From the NCBI RefSeq assembly GCF_006345805.1, contig NC_043010.1, positions 53,320,001-53,384,000 of the forward strand: DNA of 64,000 nucleotides, read 5' to 3'. The notes under the pieces are model-generated. The model ran no database searches, had not been told where the DNA came from, and saw only the letters and a list, made by a program, of their open reading frames with translations. Of the stretch, positions 10,003 through 21,889 are shown in pieces. The DNA is from Octopus sinensis. Taxonomy: Eukaryota. Position numbers and translations under genes: made by a program. Each line of letters begins with the position of its first letter. Positions within the stretch are counted from its first letter, which is position 1.

Positions 10003-11535
10003 TATATATATATATATATATATATGACGGCCTCCTACACAGATTCCGTTTATCAAATTCCTTCTCGATGTACTGGATGACCCAGGGATAACGTTGAAGA
10101 CATTTGCCTATGGTGTAACGCTCCTATCTATAGATATTTTATCAAAGTAATACATTCATAAAATTATATCATTTCTCCCTTTATTTTGTAAATAAGTTTC
10201 ATTCCTTATAAACTTATAAATGCTATTACATTCAAAAGAGCCAGTTGGATGTGTTAGCATCAAAGTCAAAGATTTACTTAGGGGACAGCGATTATAGAGT
10301 TGAACAAGTACTTGATTTACATCCTGTATATATGTGGATCTATGTTGTGTCGAAACATGCGTAGTATTTATTAAATAGTTGTCTAAACGTACTCCTTCTT
10401 CTTGACTCTATTTATTCATTTTTATATATGGAATTCAACTACGGCAGTACTTGAATAATATTCTTAAGGTCGCAATTTACTCACACGCAGCAACTTTCAG
10501 AGCTTGTCGCTAATTCAGTTCTTAAACAAATTTAAAACTGTTAACATTTTTCAAGATGGCTGATCCCTAGCTACATTTTCGCATACAAAATTGAGATTTG
10601 ATCCAATAGAAAAACGTTTACATCAAAATTTGTAACAACGTTATAGGAGAGTAAGCAACGCCACCAATCAAGCTTAGATCTAAATAGCTTTCTCCTTTTA
10701 AAAGCTTCGATGACAGAAGAAAGCATGAATAATTTTATAGTTTTGGTCCCATGCAGCAAAAATTCGTATCAAAAAAGTTATGAGGTAAAATATGAAAACT
10801 ATAAGGCATAAAATTGGATTTAAGTATAATTAACTTCTTTTATTTTAAAAACAAACTATATTTTAATTAAGCTTAAATGATAGAGCTCAAATCGAGGAAT
10901 TCCATGGTATCACTTTTATGCAATGAAATTTTAAAAGAAAAAGTTATGAGAGTTTCTCAAATTTGAGGGTGATAATATAGTTCTATACTTTTTATGAATA
11001 TAGTTGTAAAAGGGGACTTTTATATATGCCACTGGCTCATTGAGGTAAGGAAAAAAATTATCAACGACACAGCTAATTGACACAGTTGACACATTATTAA
11101 TTAGCATAGCCGGGAAAAAAAACATGGTTTACATGTGAAAATGCAAGCGAGACAAACAAAATCCTTAACATTATAAACCTGGGGAATTACAGTTCAGGAC
11201 AACTCATTACAGCTGGTAAAGTACAGAACAAGAAAAATTTTTACTTAAAATATTACAGCTAAGGATAAAATTTCAAATAAAATATTTTGATTTAGAAAAT
11301 ATTAGTTTTTTATTAAAACTAAAAATTTATTATAAGTTATTACTTCAATTTGTTACTTGTTACTTCTATTAAAAATTTTAAATAACACAAAATATTTTTT
11401 GCACTTTCAAAAATTCATTTTCTTTATTATTCATTAAAAATCAGAAATTTGAAAATAAGTTATAAAAAATAATAGTAGTTCATAATAGGGGTTTTTTAAA
11501 ACAATTTTTATACTGAAAATCACCTGTTATTTTTG

Positions 11536-11826
11536 TTTTAAAGTGAAAGAGAAAAGCCAGAGTAAGACGTATGAACGTGTATGTGAAATGGATGTGTGTG
11601 TATGTGAGGGCGAGAGAAGGAAAGAAAATACTACTACACACACATGAGAACAACACACACACACTCTCTCTTTCTCACACACACATGCACACAAAGAAGA
11701 CCAAAGATGTACGCATATGTATTGATGTATGTACAACACACCCCTTCTCTCACTATCTCTTCCATCTCTCTCACTATCTCTTCCATCTCTCTCTCTCTCT
11801 CTCTTTCATCTCTCTCTCTCTCTCTT

Positions 11827-11867
<41 letters not shown>

Positions 11868-11940
11868 ACACACACACATGTCCATTTCATATACACGAAC
11901 ATACAACTTTCACTTTCTCCTATCTTTCACGTTAAAACAA
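11536..11940. repeat. Diverged inverted repeat, about 80-bp arms around a (CT)n/(CA)n spacer
   Basis: 11536-11616 resembles the reverse complement of 11860-11940 (gtgaaaga..., gtatg..cgtgtat.tgaaatgga..tgtgtgtg). Confidence 0.65.
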
Positions 11941-12139
11941 ATGTAAATAAATAAATTTAAAAATTACGGAAATTAACGAACTCAGGCTGATTATATCACA
12001 TTCAGTTAAAAATATTTCTAAATGATTAAAATATTGTGTACGTCAAACAGTCGGCGTTTTCTTTTTTTTTCATAGAGAGCGCGAAGACTGTGTGTATATG
12101 TCACAGATTACGGACGTGTGTTTGTGCTGATTGACAGCC

Positions 12140-12289
12140 ATGACATTTATTATATGTTTGTGTATTCTGTATGCGTGTATATGGTTGACGTCGCGGAAGC
12201 CATGTCCTTTTTTATATCGAAATAAGAAACGAAGATTGCGTTTAAATAGAGGTCCAAATATCACAAAAATTTGTATTGCCCTGCCGAAG
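12140..12289 (+). CDS. Candidate coding exon: hydrophobic segment followed by a basic stretch
   Basis: CAGCCATGA start context; open frame MTFIICLCILYACIWLTSRKPCPFLYRNKKRRLRLNRGPNITKICIALPK ends in phase 0 at a consensus donor AAG|GTAAGT (12290-12295); no homology recognised. Confidence 0.3.
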
Positions 12290-12629
12290 GTAAGTAGGAA
12301 AATAAATATGCACAGAAACAAAATTAATATATAATATACTATTTCTGAGCTATTTCGGGTACACACAAACATCTCTAGAGTTTTAGTATTATCGAGATAC
12401 ATACTTTCATTCTCGTTTATTATTATCAAAATTTCAAAGAAGTCGGAAAGATAAAGCATCGGAAAAATGCTTTCTGTTTATTTATTTATTTATTTTTTTA
12501 CTTGCTTCAGACATTAAACTTCAGCCAAGCTGGTGTAGCGCCTAAAATAATTTTTAGTCGAACAAATAAATCCAAACACAGATACAAACATACACACATA
12601 AACACATACACCCACCCACACACCAACAC

Positions 12630-12716
12630 GATATATACATACATACATACATACATACATACATACATACATACATACATACATACATACATACATACAT
12701 TCATACACACACACAC

Positions 12717-12758
<42 letters not shown>
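12630..12758. repeat. (CATA)n-(CA)n-(TA)n microsatellite
   Basis: Direct inspection. Confidence 0.95.
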
Positions 12759-12759
<1 letters not shown>

Positions 12760-13164
12760 GGACAAAACAAAAATTTCTTTGCCAATATGTTGAAAAATAG
12801 ATGCTAAATCGTCTAACTACATACAGTACTTTTACTATAATTACACTGAATGTCGAAACGAGAAAAGCAAGCCAACAGAAATTCATAAACACTTATCTAT
12901 ACTCGTATCGGTTCCGATTTCTGGATTAATCCAAAAGGATTCTTCCTTCACCAGCGAGGAACCCTATGAAAGTAAATACAATACTTACACATGCCCAGAG
13001 AAAAACAGACACAAAGTCATGTGTACATATAAGTACCCAGATATATCAAAATAGAAATTCAGTAGCCAGCCTCGACACACGTGTAGCCGGTCAGGCGACA
13101 CACGTACAGTGGTTGCCAGTCCCGTAGTGAATGTTAAAATATTTACTTCTAATATAAGGCTAAA

Positions 13165-13425
13165 AATTTTCGAAAACCTTTTGTTAGTGGCCAGCATATG
13201 AGTGCAATTATAGTGAAAATATTGTATGTGGTTAGACGATTTAGCGTCTATTTTTCAGCATATTGGCAATTTGTTTTTATTTTGCCCTTATTTATAATTG
13301 TATTTATAATTTTCACCTTAAAAGGCAAAGAAATTTTTTCTTTTGCCCATATTTATAATTTATAATTTTCACCTGAAAATATATTTTTCATATGCTGGCC
13401 ACTGATAAAATTTTTTTCGAAAAAT
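13165..13425. repeat. Inverted repeat with internal direct repeat (MITE-like)
   Basis: ttttcgaaaacc..ttagtggccagcatatga pairs with tcatatgctggccactgataaaa..ttcgaaaa; internal duplication ttttgccc.tatttataatt..tataattttcacct. Confidence 0.7.
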
Positions 13426-13436
13426 GTTATCCTTTT

Positions 13437-13437
<1 letters not shown>

Positions 13438-13535
<98 letters not shown>

Positions 13536-13580
13536 GTGTGTGCGTGTATGTGTATGTGTGTGTGTGTGTGTTTGTGTGTG
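13438..13580. repeat. (TG)n microsatellite
   Basis: Direct inspection. Confidence 0.97.
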
Positions 13581-13582
13581 TT

Positions 13583-13745
13583 TATGACAGGCTTCTTTCA
13601 GTCCCCGTCTACCAAACCCACTCGCAAGTGTTCTATTGGCCTGAAGCTATAGTAGAAGACAAGTGTTCAAGTTGCTGTGCAGTAGGATTGAACCAAGAAC
13701 CATGTGGTTGGAAAGCAAACTTCTTGGCACAGATCCACGCCTGCG
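13583..13745 (-). mobile_element. CORE-like SINE family A, 5' half, diverged
   Basis: gacaggcttctttcagtccccgtctacc...gaaccatgtggttgg. Confidence 0.75.
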
Positions 13746-14119
13746 GTATTTTTAATGATTCGCCACATTCAAATCCCGTCTAAATCAAATCTGACTTCTA
13801 TTCGAGATTGATACAATAATGTTACATTCAAGTACGTCAATTAATGGAATTGACCGACTTCTCGCTCCAAAATTATTGGCTTTCTGCCTAAATCAGAAGA
13901 CATTACCATAAATTCAAATGCGTCACGGCAAAAATGTATTTATACGAATAAAGCACTGCAATTGTTTTTTGTGTTTGTTTTAAATGGCGGATTTTGTGTC
14001 GTTTTAAGGACATGTTATAGGTCGTCGTTTTTGCTGCATAAAAATTACCAAAGTATCGATGAGTACGACGGATTCACGAAACCCATTGACGAATCGGTGT
14101 TTTGATGTGAGTGTGTATA

Positions 14120-14350
14120 AACAGAAGGAGGTGTTGAAACGTTCTTGATTTTAAGTGTCTTGCGAAAGGTCTGGCTTAAGGCTCAACCTTCTGAGTTTTT
14201 TTTTTCAAGGATTTCAAGAAAAAATGAAGGGGCCACAGCAGTAAGTGTGTGAATCTGAGAGGGGAATATGTTGAATAAAATCATAATTAACTGATCCTCC
14301 TGTATTTTCTTTTACCCAAAGCCAGGAAAACTTTTCAGCACAACCTCGTA
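14120..14350. mobile_element. Mariner-derived MITE (about 230 bp)
   Basis: Diverged TIRs gaggtgttgaaacgttcttgatttt and aaagccaggaaaacttttcagcacaacctcg|ta; interior homologous to 20426-20615. Confidence 0.7.
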
Positions 14351-14802
14351 TATAAATATGTGTGTTCGTGTGGGGTGGAGTGTACGAGTGCGTCGGGGTG
14401 CAGGGGCAATGGGGGATTCACGGGTGCGTGGGGGCGCGGGTAGTAGGGGATTGGATTTGTGCAAATCCTTTCCCCACTATAACAAAATCAGCATCCACAA
14501 CCATAGTTGTGAAAGCACAGTGAAACCTATCACAAAAATTGTTGGTCATATCCTTCGCATGTGTGGGAATTTCGATCAGGCGATGACAATACTTAAACCC
14601 GAGTTGGCAGCCATAATATATATATATGTATATCGTTTTGGGATTTGGTTTGCAAGATTCTTAGATTCTTTATGTGAGTTCGTGTGTTGAAGCATATTTT
14701 GTTGTGTCTGTGAAGAGTCAGTTTCTTTTTGTGCCTTATAATTTAACACACTCGCCGGTAAAATTTCCACTTATTTCTTATTTTTATTTTCTTAAAATTT
14801 TT

Positions 14803-14874
14803 GTTGCGTCTTGCAACATTTTCAATAGTCTTGACTCAAGAGTCAAGACTATTTAAAAGGTTGCAAGACGCAAC
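14803..14874. repeat. 72-bp near-perfect hairpin
   Basis: gttgcgtcttgcaac..tt.aatagtcttgactc-aa-gagtcaagactatt.aa..gttgcaagacgcaac. Confidence 0.9.
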
Positions 14875-14884
14875 GAAAATGATG

Positions 14885-15100
14885 GGCGACCATCAAAGCT
14901 ACAGTAGAGGCAGTTCAACATTCTACTATTACGCAATTGACAGATTCCATGACTAATAGGGTTTTTGAAGTTATCCGTCGAAATGGCGGTAATGTGGCTA
15001 AATAGTTCATTATGTCAAAAACGTTATAATATTGTTATGGTTTTCTGTTAAATATATATTCAATGTATGCTTAATATGTATAATTACCCTTCATTTTCTG
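14885..15100 (+). mobile_element. Tc1-family transposase C-terminal remnant
   Basis: About 14930-15004 translates TQLTDSMTNRVFEVIRRNGGNVAK*, matching the Tc1 C-terminal LxxSMPxRxxxVIxxxGG motif. Confidence 0.7.
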
Positions 15101-15289
15101 AAAAACAATGTCTAGATGGGCAATTTTCATTCAAAAGCTATTAGCATGGTTCATCCCAAAACTAAAGAATCTGAAATAAAAAAATGAAAGGACGCTAATC
15201 AGAATAATGAAAACAACAATGGTGATGCCCTTGTGTGCAAACCAGCTGGGGAAAGTTTCATAAAAATTGATTCACAGAAAACCGAGAAA

Positions 15290-15498
15290 TCCTTAATTTC
15301 CTTCCTAAGTTGTTAGTGTGGTTCTGGGAGCGATTATAACCAGTCGAAATTGCAAAGATAATCTGGACCTCGACTGAGGAAAGAAAACTCCAAATGACCC
15401 GTCCTTGTTTTCTTTGTATCGTCTATCTGGATTTTTTGTTGTCCCTTTCTTGTATCACCTAACTGTCTGGATGTTTTGCGTTCTTATCCCATTTTGTA

Positions 15499-15530
<32 letters not shown>
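15290..15530 (+). repeat. Unclassified interspersed repeat, homologous to 36520-36830
   Basis: Shared tataaccag.cgaaattgcaaagataatctgga.ctcgactgaggaaa...tgtatcacctaactgtctggat...cccattttg, ending at (TA)n. Confidence 0.75.
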
Positions 15531-15542
<12 letters not shown>

Positions 15543-16119
15543 CGCGTGTGTGTATGTATGTGTGTGCGTGCTTGTAGCTTGTATATCACATACATATGCA
15601 CAGAACTAAGTGAATTTTCACTAAACATAATTATGTAAATGTATTTATTTACAACACAACATATATATATGTATATGTATGTTCAAAATGGCTGCTAATA
15701 TTCACCATTTCGTTAACGTGTTTAAACTGTGACACGTCAAAGGAAGAAAAATCAATGAAAGCAGACGGTAAGGTTATTTAAAGATATCCTCTTCTGTCTA
15801 CTTAAAATATGGAATGAGATTTGACACATTTAATTTCTTGCTCACTATTTCTTTATATCTCCTTCTCTCTTTCTCTCCTCCCTCTCATTCTTTCACTCTC
15901 TCTCTCTCTCTCCCTGTACCTCCCTGTACCCTCACTTTCTTTTTCACCAATATATCTCTCCCTCTCTCTTCGTTACTGTTAATATTTCTCATATCAGTTA
16001 TCCCCCTTGCCTTTATCATTCATTCTTTTGTCTTTTCCCTCTTTCAGTCTCTCTCTATCTCTCCCTGTTTTCTCATTCTTTTTGTGTTTGCTTTTGTCTC
16101 TCTCTCTCTGTCTTTCTTT

Positions 16120-16480
16120 CTCACTATTCTCTCTCCCTCTCTCTCTCTCTCCGTCTTTCTTTCTCTCTGTGCTCTCTCCTTCTCTCTCTCACTTTCTCTC
16201 TCTCCCTCTCTCCTCTCTCTTCCATAAATGATACTCAACTTTTATTTTTTCCTTCACTCCTTTCTAATCCTCTCCGACTCTCCGTCAGTCTCTCTCTATC
16301 TTTCTCTATTTTCTCTTTCTTTTTGTGTTTGTCTTTGTCTCTCTCTCTCTCTCTCTCTCTTCTTTCTCCTCTCTCTGACTTTCTCTCCCCCCTCTCTTCC
16401 ATAAGTGATACTCAACTTTTATTTTTTCCTTCACTGCTTTCTAATCCTCACCGTCTCTCCGTCATTCCCTCTCTACCTAT
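16120..16480 (+). repeat. Tandem duplication (period about 180 bp) in a CT-rich tract
   Basis: ttccataa.tgatactcaacttttatttttccttcact..ttctaatcctc.ccg.ctctccgtca at about 16220 and about 16397. Confidence 0.8.
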
Positions 16481-16816
16481 CCCTCTCTCACACGTACAGT
16501 CATTCTTTAATTAATTGTCCTCTTCTTTTTCTTCGTCTCTTCCCCCATTTCCATTCCCAGTTTTTTTCTTACCCAATTCATATTTCTCTGCTTCGACCGA
16601 TATTTACATTTCCTTTCCAGTTTTTCTCCTTCCTGTCATTCTTTCTCTTTCTCCCTCTATTTATCCGTCTCTCAGTCTCTCTTTCTTCTCTCTCTGCATT
16701 CATAAATTTACCGATATATACGCATGTGTACGTACGTGTCTTTGTATATTTGTGCTCGCATGTAAGTTGAGGGCTGCTTTCCTCACACATATCTTATATT
16801 CAAAAGCATATATTTA

Positions 16817-17217
16817 TGTCGTGCAGTTACTGTTTACATCTCGTTCAGAGATTTATTATTGCTTGCATACAATTTTTCGAGATCAGTGACGAAAAGTTAC
16901 TGGAAAAAACGATATAAGGATTTGCATTGGGACTCCCTTCATCGACAACCGGTGACTGCCGTACGCTGAAGACAGGCAAATACCTAGAAACTGCAGTCCG
17001 TGTGTGTCACTTAGGTTGAAGACGGAGGGATGACCTCCCTTTGCAAATACCATAAGGGCACAGAAAGTGTGCCTAAAGCCAGCTGGAGAAGATGATCTCC
17101 TGGGGCTACAAGCTACAGTAACACCCACCCTTAGTGGTTAGCCATATTGAGATGGCTAGTATACCTTACATTGTCGTGCAGTTACTGTTTACATCTCGTT
17201 CAGAGATTTATTATTGC
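16817..17217 (+). mobile_element. 309-bp hammerhead cassette bounded by an exact 46-bp direct repeat
   Basis: tgtcgtgcagttactgtttacatctcgttcagagatttattattgc at 16817-16862 and 17172-17217; the interior is GC-richer with several hairpins and a hammerhead. Confidence 0.7.
16951..17011 (+). ncRNA. Extended type I hammerhead ribozyme; predicted cleavage after GUC at 16998
   Basis: GGTGAC-TGC-CGTACG-CTGAAGA-CAGG-CAAATA-CCTA-GAAAC-TGCA-GTC-CGTGTG-T-GTCACT; intact core, stem I with internal loop, palindromic stem III ACTGCAGT; the 10.1/11.1 position is a C-A mismatch. Confidence 0.8.
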
Positions 17218-17304
17218 CATATATTTATGTATATTCATATATTCATAAAAAGGCGTCCACTTACGCGGAGGATGGAAGCGCCATTCAGCCATTACTAAAA
17301 TTAG

Positions 17305-17500
17305 TAAATTAAGTACCAGTTGTGTACTGGTGTCGATGTAATCGACTTGATCTCTTTGTCTGTCCTTGTTTGTCCCCTCTGTGTGTAGCCCCTTGTGGGC
17401 AATAAAGAAATAAGAAACGTTAGCACGCCGGCTGCGTACTGGGGTCGATCTAATCCCCTGCCCGCCTTCCCCAAAATTTCGGGCCTTATGCCTAGAGTAG
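17305..17500 (+). mobile_element. Composite of Meta-like SINE fragments with two different 3' tails
   Basis: taagtaccagttg...gccccttgtgggcaataaagaaa, then a head fragment gaaacgttagcacgccgg and a second tail ccccaaaatttcgggccttatgcctagagtagaaa. Confidence 0.65.
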
Positions 17501-17778
17501 AAACGAATATAATTGATTTGCAAAGTTGGCACAAGGCCAATAAGTTTCGAAGAGGTAGTAAGTCAATTACATTGACCCCATTATTCAACTGGTACTCTGA
17601 AAAGAGAAGCCTGTCTCAGCGGAATTTCAAACAAAAACGTCATGACGGATGAAGTGCCGTTAAGTATTTCGTCCGGCGTGCTAACGATTCTCCCGTCTCT
17701 CCACCTTCAAATTAGTTATTAATATTGTAAAATGATCTTCGTAGTTTTCCTCGTGTATCAGTTTTAATTATGATTATA

Positions 17779-17996
17779 TATTTCTTTACTACCCACAAGG
17801 GGCTAAACACAGAGGGGACAAACAAGGACAGACAAACGGATTAAGTCGGTTATATCGACCCCAATGCGCAACTGGTACTTAATTTATCGACCCCGAGAGG
17901 ATGAAAGGCGGAATTTGAACCCAGGACGTAGCGGCAGACGAAATACGGCTACGCATTTCGCCCGGCGTGCTAACGATTCTACCAGCTCGCCGCCTT
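17779..17996 (-). mobile_element. Meta-like SINE with 17-bp TSD
   Basis: Family consensus; TSD ttttaattatgattata at 17762-17778 and 17997-18013. Confidence 0.9.
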
Positions 17997-18294
17997 TTTT
18001 AATTATGATTATAATTTAGGGAAACGATTAACCTCTTCATTCGAGCGTATATTTAAAACATTTATATATGCACTATACGTCTAATTCATAATCTTTATAT
18101 GTCTTCGTGTAACTAAATATGCGTAGATCCTGCACGCTGTAATATACAAGATTAACAGAGAAAAATGTTAATCTTATGAATAACGACTTATCTCAAACAT
18201 ATTTTTTTAAATTTCAAATCCATGCATAAGACACTTGATAACGATCGCTGATAGAACTGAGCACAGCTACATACATATGTGTGTGTATGTGTAG

Positions 18295-18417
18295 GTAGGA
18301 TGTGTGTGTTAGTAGGTAGGAGGCATATAAGCGTGTGTGTATATATATATATATATAATATATATATATATATACACGCTTACATGCCTCCTACCTACTC
18401 ACACACACACATCCTAC
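18295..18417. repeat. Hairpin with about 42-bp arms and a (TA)n loop
   Basis: gtaggatgtgtgtgttagtaggtaggaggcatataagcgtgt pairs with acacgcttacatgcctcctacctactcacacacacacatcctac. Confidence 0.85.
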
Positions 18418-18434
18418 ATACAAAGATTAGGTGA

Positions 18435-18440
18435 CTTTAT

Positions 18441-18488
<48 letters not shown>

Positions 18489-18561
18489 GTGTGTGTGTGT
18501 GTGTGTGTACACATATATATATACATATATATGCATATATATACATATATACATATATGCA

Positions 18562-18617
<56 letters not shown>

Positions 18618-18799
18618 CACATATAAATATACATATATATATGCATATATATACATATATGTATATATATATACATACATACATACATAAATACATACAT
18701 ACATATATACATAAATACATACATACATATATACATACATAAATACATACATACATACATACATACATACATACATACATACATACATACATACATACA

Positions 18800-18832
<33 letters not shown>

Positions 18833-18845
18833 GTATGCATGTATG
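18435..18845. repeat. Compound (TA)n/(TG)n/(CATA)n microsatellite
   Basis: Direct inspection; source of ORFs 18337-18840. Confidence 0.95.
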
Positions 18846-18959
18846 TAATGCTTTCTAATTAAGTTAAGAATCTAGAGATGGTAATCTCATTAACCAAAAT
18901 GCATCCGAAATATTTACAAATTTAATTAGTTCTTTTTCTAAACTTTTGTGCTTTTTTCA

Positions 18960-19310
18960 TCTCTTATTTACTTGTTTAGTCGAAGAAATTGACCCTAGTA
19001 TTTTTCATTTATTAAAGTCAGGTATTTATTCCATCGTTATCTTTTTGCCGAACCACTCGGTTACTCCAACGTGAACAAATTAATATTTGTTGTCAAAAGT
19101 TGAGCGTAACAAATACAAACGCAAAGGTACTCTCATATATATATACACTCACACGGGATTCTACATAGTTTCGTCTACTATATTCGTTCGTAAACATTGG
19201 TCGGCCCGCGGTTATAGTTGAAGACGCTTGCTACAATGTGGTGTACAATGGGATGGAAACCAAATCCGTATGGCTGTAAACCGAGTATCTCATCCACACA
19301 GACATGCTTT
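18960..19310 (-). mobile_element. Highly diverged CORE-like SINE family A
   Basis: ttttgccgaaccac, ttggtcggcccgcggttatagttgaagac and atccacacag landmarks in family order. Confidence 0.6.
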
Positions 19311-19751
19311 AATTTGCATTGTCATATTCTTGACATAGATAACATGCAAACATTCGTTTGATTAATATTTCATAACTACGGGACCATATTTGTGCATTTT
19401 ACCTAGATATAATGCTTAAATATAAAGATGTTTTACTATCTTTTGCGGTCTTTCGTGAACTTGAAACTAAATTTCCAAGGTAGATTTCATGATTTCGATT
19501 CTGATGATAAATTCCAATGATAAAACGCCCAACAAAATATAACTTTTGTAAGGTGAGATACAAAAACTATTACACACTTAAGTGAAAAGTATATTCAAAA
19601 TGGCCGCCATTAAGCAAGCTTGTGTACGTATGATATATTATACGTACATTTTGCTTAAAGTAATTGCCAAGCATCTATAAGAGCGTTTCATATATAGCTA
19701 TGTACAGGTGTGTGTAAATGTGTGTGTGCGTATGTATATGTGTGTAAGCAG

Positions 19752-19786
<35 letters not shown>

Positions 19787-19891
19787 GATGTGTGTGTGCA
19801 TGTGTCTAAAGATATTTATTGTGATTCCTAGACAAATAGAGATAGATAGATAGATAGTTTCTTTATTAGCCACACAGGGCTGCACACAGAT

Positions 19892-19927
<36 letters not shown>

Positions 19928-20425
19928 CGCACTACTTCTACACAAATGTACACGCACAATAGACATCTCAAACATACATAAATGTACGTATATATAAATC
20001 GCTATGTGGTATGTATAACTGTGTATATTTCTACACTCATCCTATATACTCGCATGTGTGTATATTCGCGCATACATTCATACATACACATAAACGCAGC
20101 ATATATACATAATTACGAGTAGATATAGATACGTGTATATACGTGTCTGCGTATAAACCTACGTTTCTATGTATAAATGCATCCAAACATTTATATATAT
20201 ATATGTATATACATACATACATAAATACACACACATATACATTCATACATGCACACATACATACTTACACACAAACATAAATACACATATACATATATAT
20301 ATACAACCATACACACATACACACAAACATACATACATACATACATACATACATACATACATACATACATACATACATACATACATACATACATACATAC
20401 ATACATACATACATACATACATACA

Positions 20426-20615
20426 TACAAGGGTGTGCTGTAAAGTTCCTGTCTTAAGGTCAAAGGTCTGGCTCAGACACAAACTTCCGGGTTCTTTCAC
20501 AGGGATTAAAAAAAATACTAAAGGACCGCTGCAAGAAGTGTGTGAATCAGAGAGGGGAAAATTCTAAACAAAATCGTAATTAACTAATCCTCCAGCATTT
20601 TCTTTTACCCACAGC
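20426..20615. mobile_element. Mariner-derived MITE, one end truncated
   Basis: ta|caagggtgtgctgtaaagttcctg TIR; interior homologous to 14160-14320. Confidence 0.7.
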
Positions 20616-20624
20616 AACGAAATT

Positions 20625-20655
<31 letters not shown>

Positions 20656-21049
20656 AACATGTTGTATTTGTGTTTGTATGTAAATCAACTTATATCTATG
20701 CAGATGCGCTTATCTACGTCTTTACAAATCAATTTTGTGGAACAAAGTATATAGTACGTGTATACACAAGTATGTATTTGTGGACGAAAGAGTACATGCA
20801 TATAAACCTCCATGTCCGTCTTTTGCAAAGCTCATGTGTTTTTCATAACTTTTCTTTGATTCATTTACCGTTTTAAATATATATTCACACACATATGTAT
20901 GCACCCGAACGAAGATAGAACCACACGTTATGGTATATATATATGAGTGTATGTACGTTTGTAGCTATGCTTGTGTTGTATAACGCCTTTTCCTTCTCAG
21001 TGGGTATATTAATCAATAAGTAAAAGCAGTCAAGTATATGTTAGTGCGC

Positions 21050-21080
<31 letters not shown>

Positions 21081-21206
21081 TCTGTGTGTATATATGTATA
21101 TGTGTGTACTTATATATAATCATATATAAATATTATATAGAATAGATATGTATGTTTATATATATATATATGTTTATATACATATATACATATATATCTG
21201 TTATTT

Positions 21207-21262
<56 letters not shown>

Positions 21263-21365
21263 ATATATATATAAATATATACAGCAGTAGTAAATATTCT
21301 TCAATATGCATGCCTCAGAACATGTTGCGTGTATATATTTCTATTCTATAACAGTGCATATATAT

Positions 21366-21396
<31 letters not shown>

Positions 21397-21521
21397 TCTA
21401 CATATGTATGTGTATATATATATGTGTGTGTGTATTCGTATATATATATATATATTAACGTGTATGTATATATATATATACATACATACTTGCACACATG
21501 CATACATACATACATACATAC

Positions 21522-21552
<31 letters not shown>

Positions 21553-21889
21553 CATACATACATACATACATACATACATGCTACATACATACATATACGC
21601 ATTTGTGTATCTTAAATACATGTTAATTCAATTACATGCTAGGAAACCACAGAAATTTACCTAAGCATCGTATCATATTTTCTCCTGTCACAAACAGAAA
21701 ATGGTGTCTATCAGTGTTTTGCTTTGTTTATTGAAATTGTCTATGTTCTCTATTTCTGCAAATGCTGTTGTTGTTGTTGTTGCTGTGGTGGTTGTTTTTT
21801 TTTTGTTGTTGATGCAGTTGTTATGATATATCTTGTTATAAATCATTGATGTGCTTGTTATTCATTTTGAATGCTCATGTACGTTATGC

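Larger units (their letters stand above)
9440..10110 (-). mobile_element. Old CORE-like SINE family A split at its central microsatellite by the hammerhead element
   Basis: Degenerate 3' half 9440-9660 and 5' half 10023-10110 in the correct order for a single minus-strand copy. Confidence 0.55.

Noticed and set aside
15370-15410. CTGAGGA...GAA in the unclassified repeat (also 36710)
   Set aside because: Neither copy has GAAA with a pairable stem III.
19590-19615. YY1-like CAAAATGGCCGCC motif (variants at 2900, 15685 and 60530)
   Set aside because: Short motif recurring in repeat-like contexts with no other promoter evidence.
21700-21850. Signal-peptide-like frame MVSISVLLCLLKL...
   Set aside because: Hydrophobicity comes from T-rich and (GTT)n sequence, and the frame ends without a donor.
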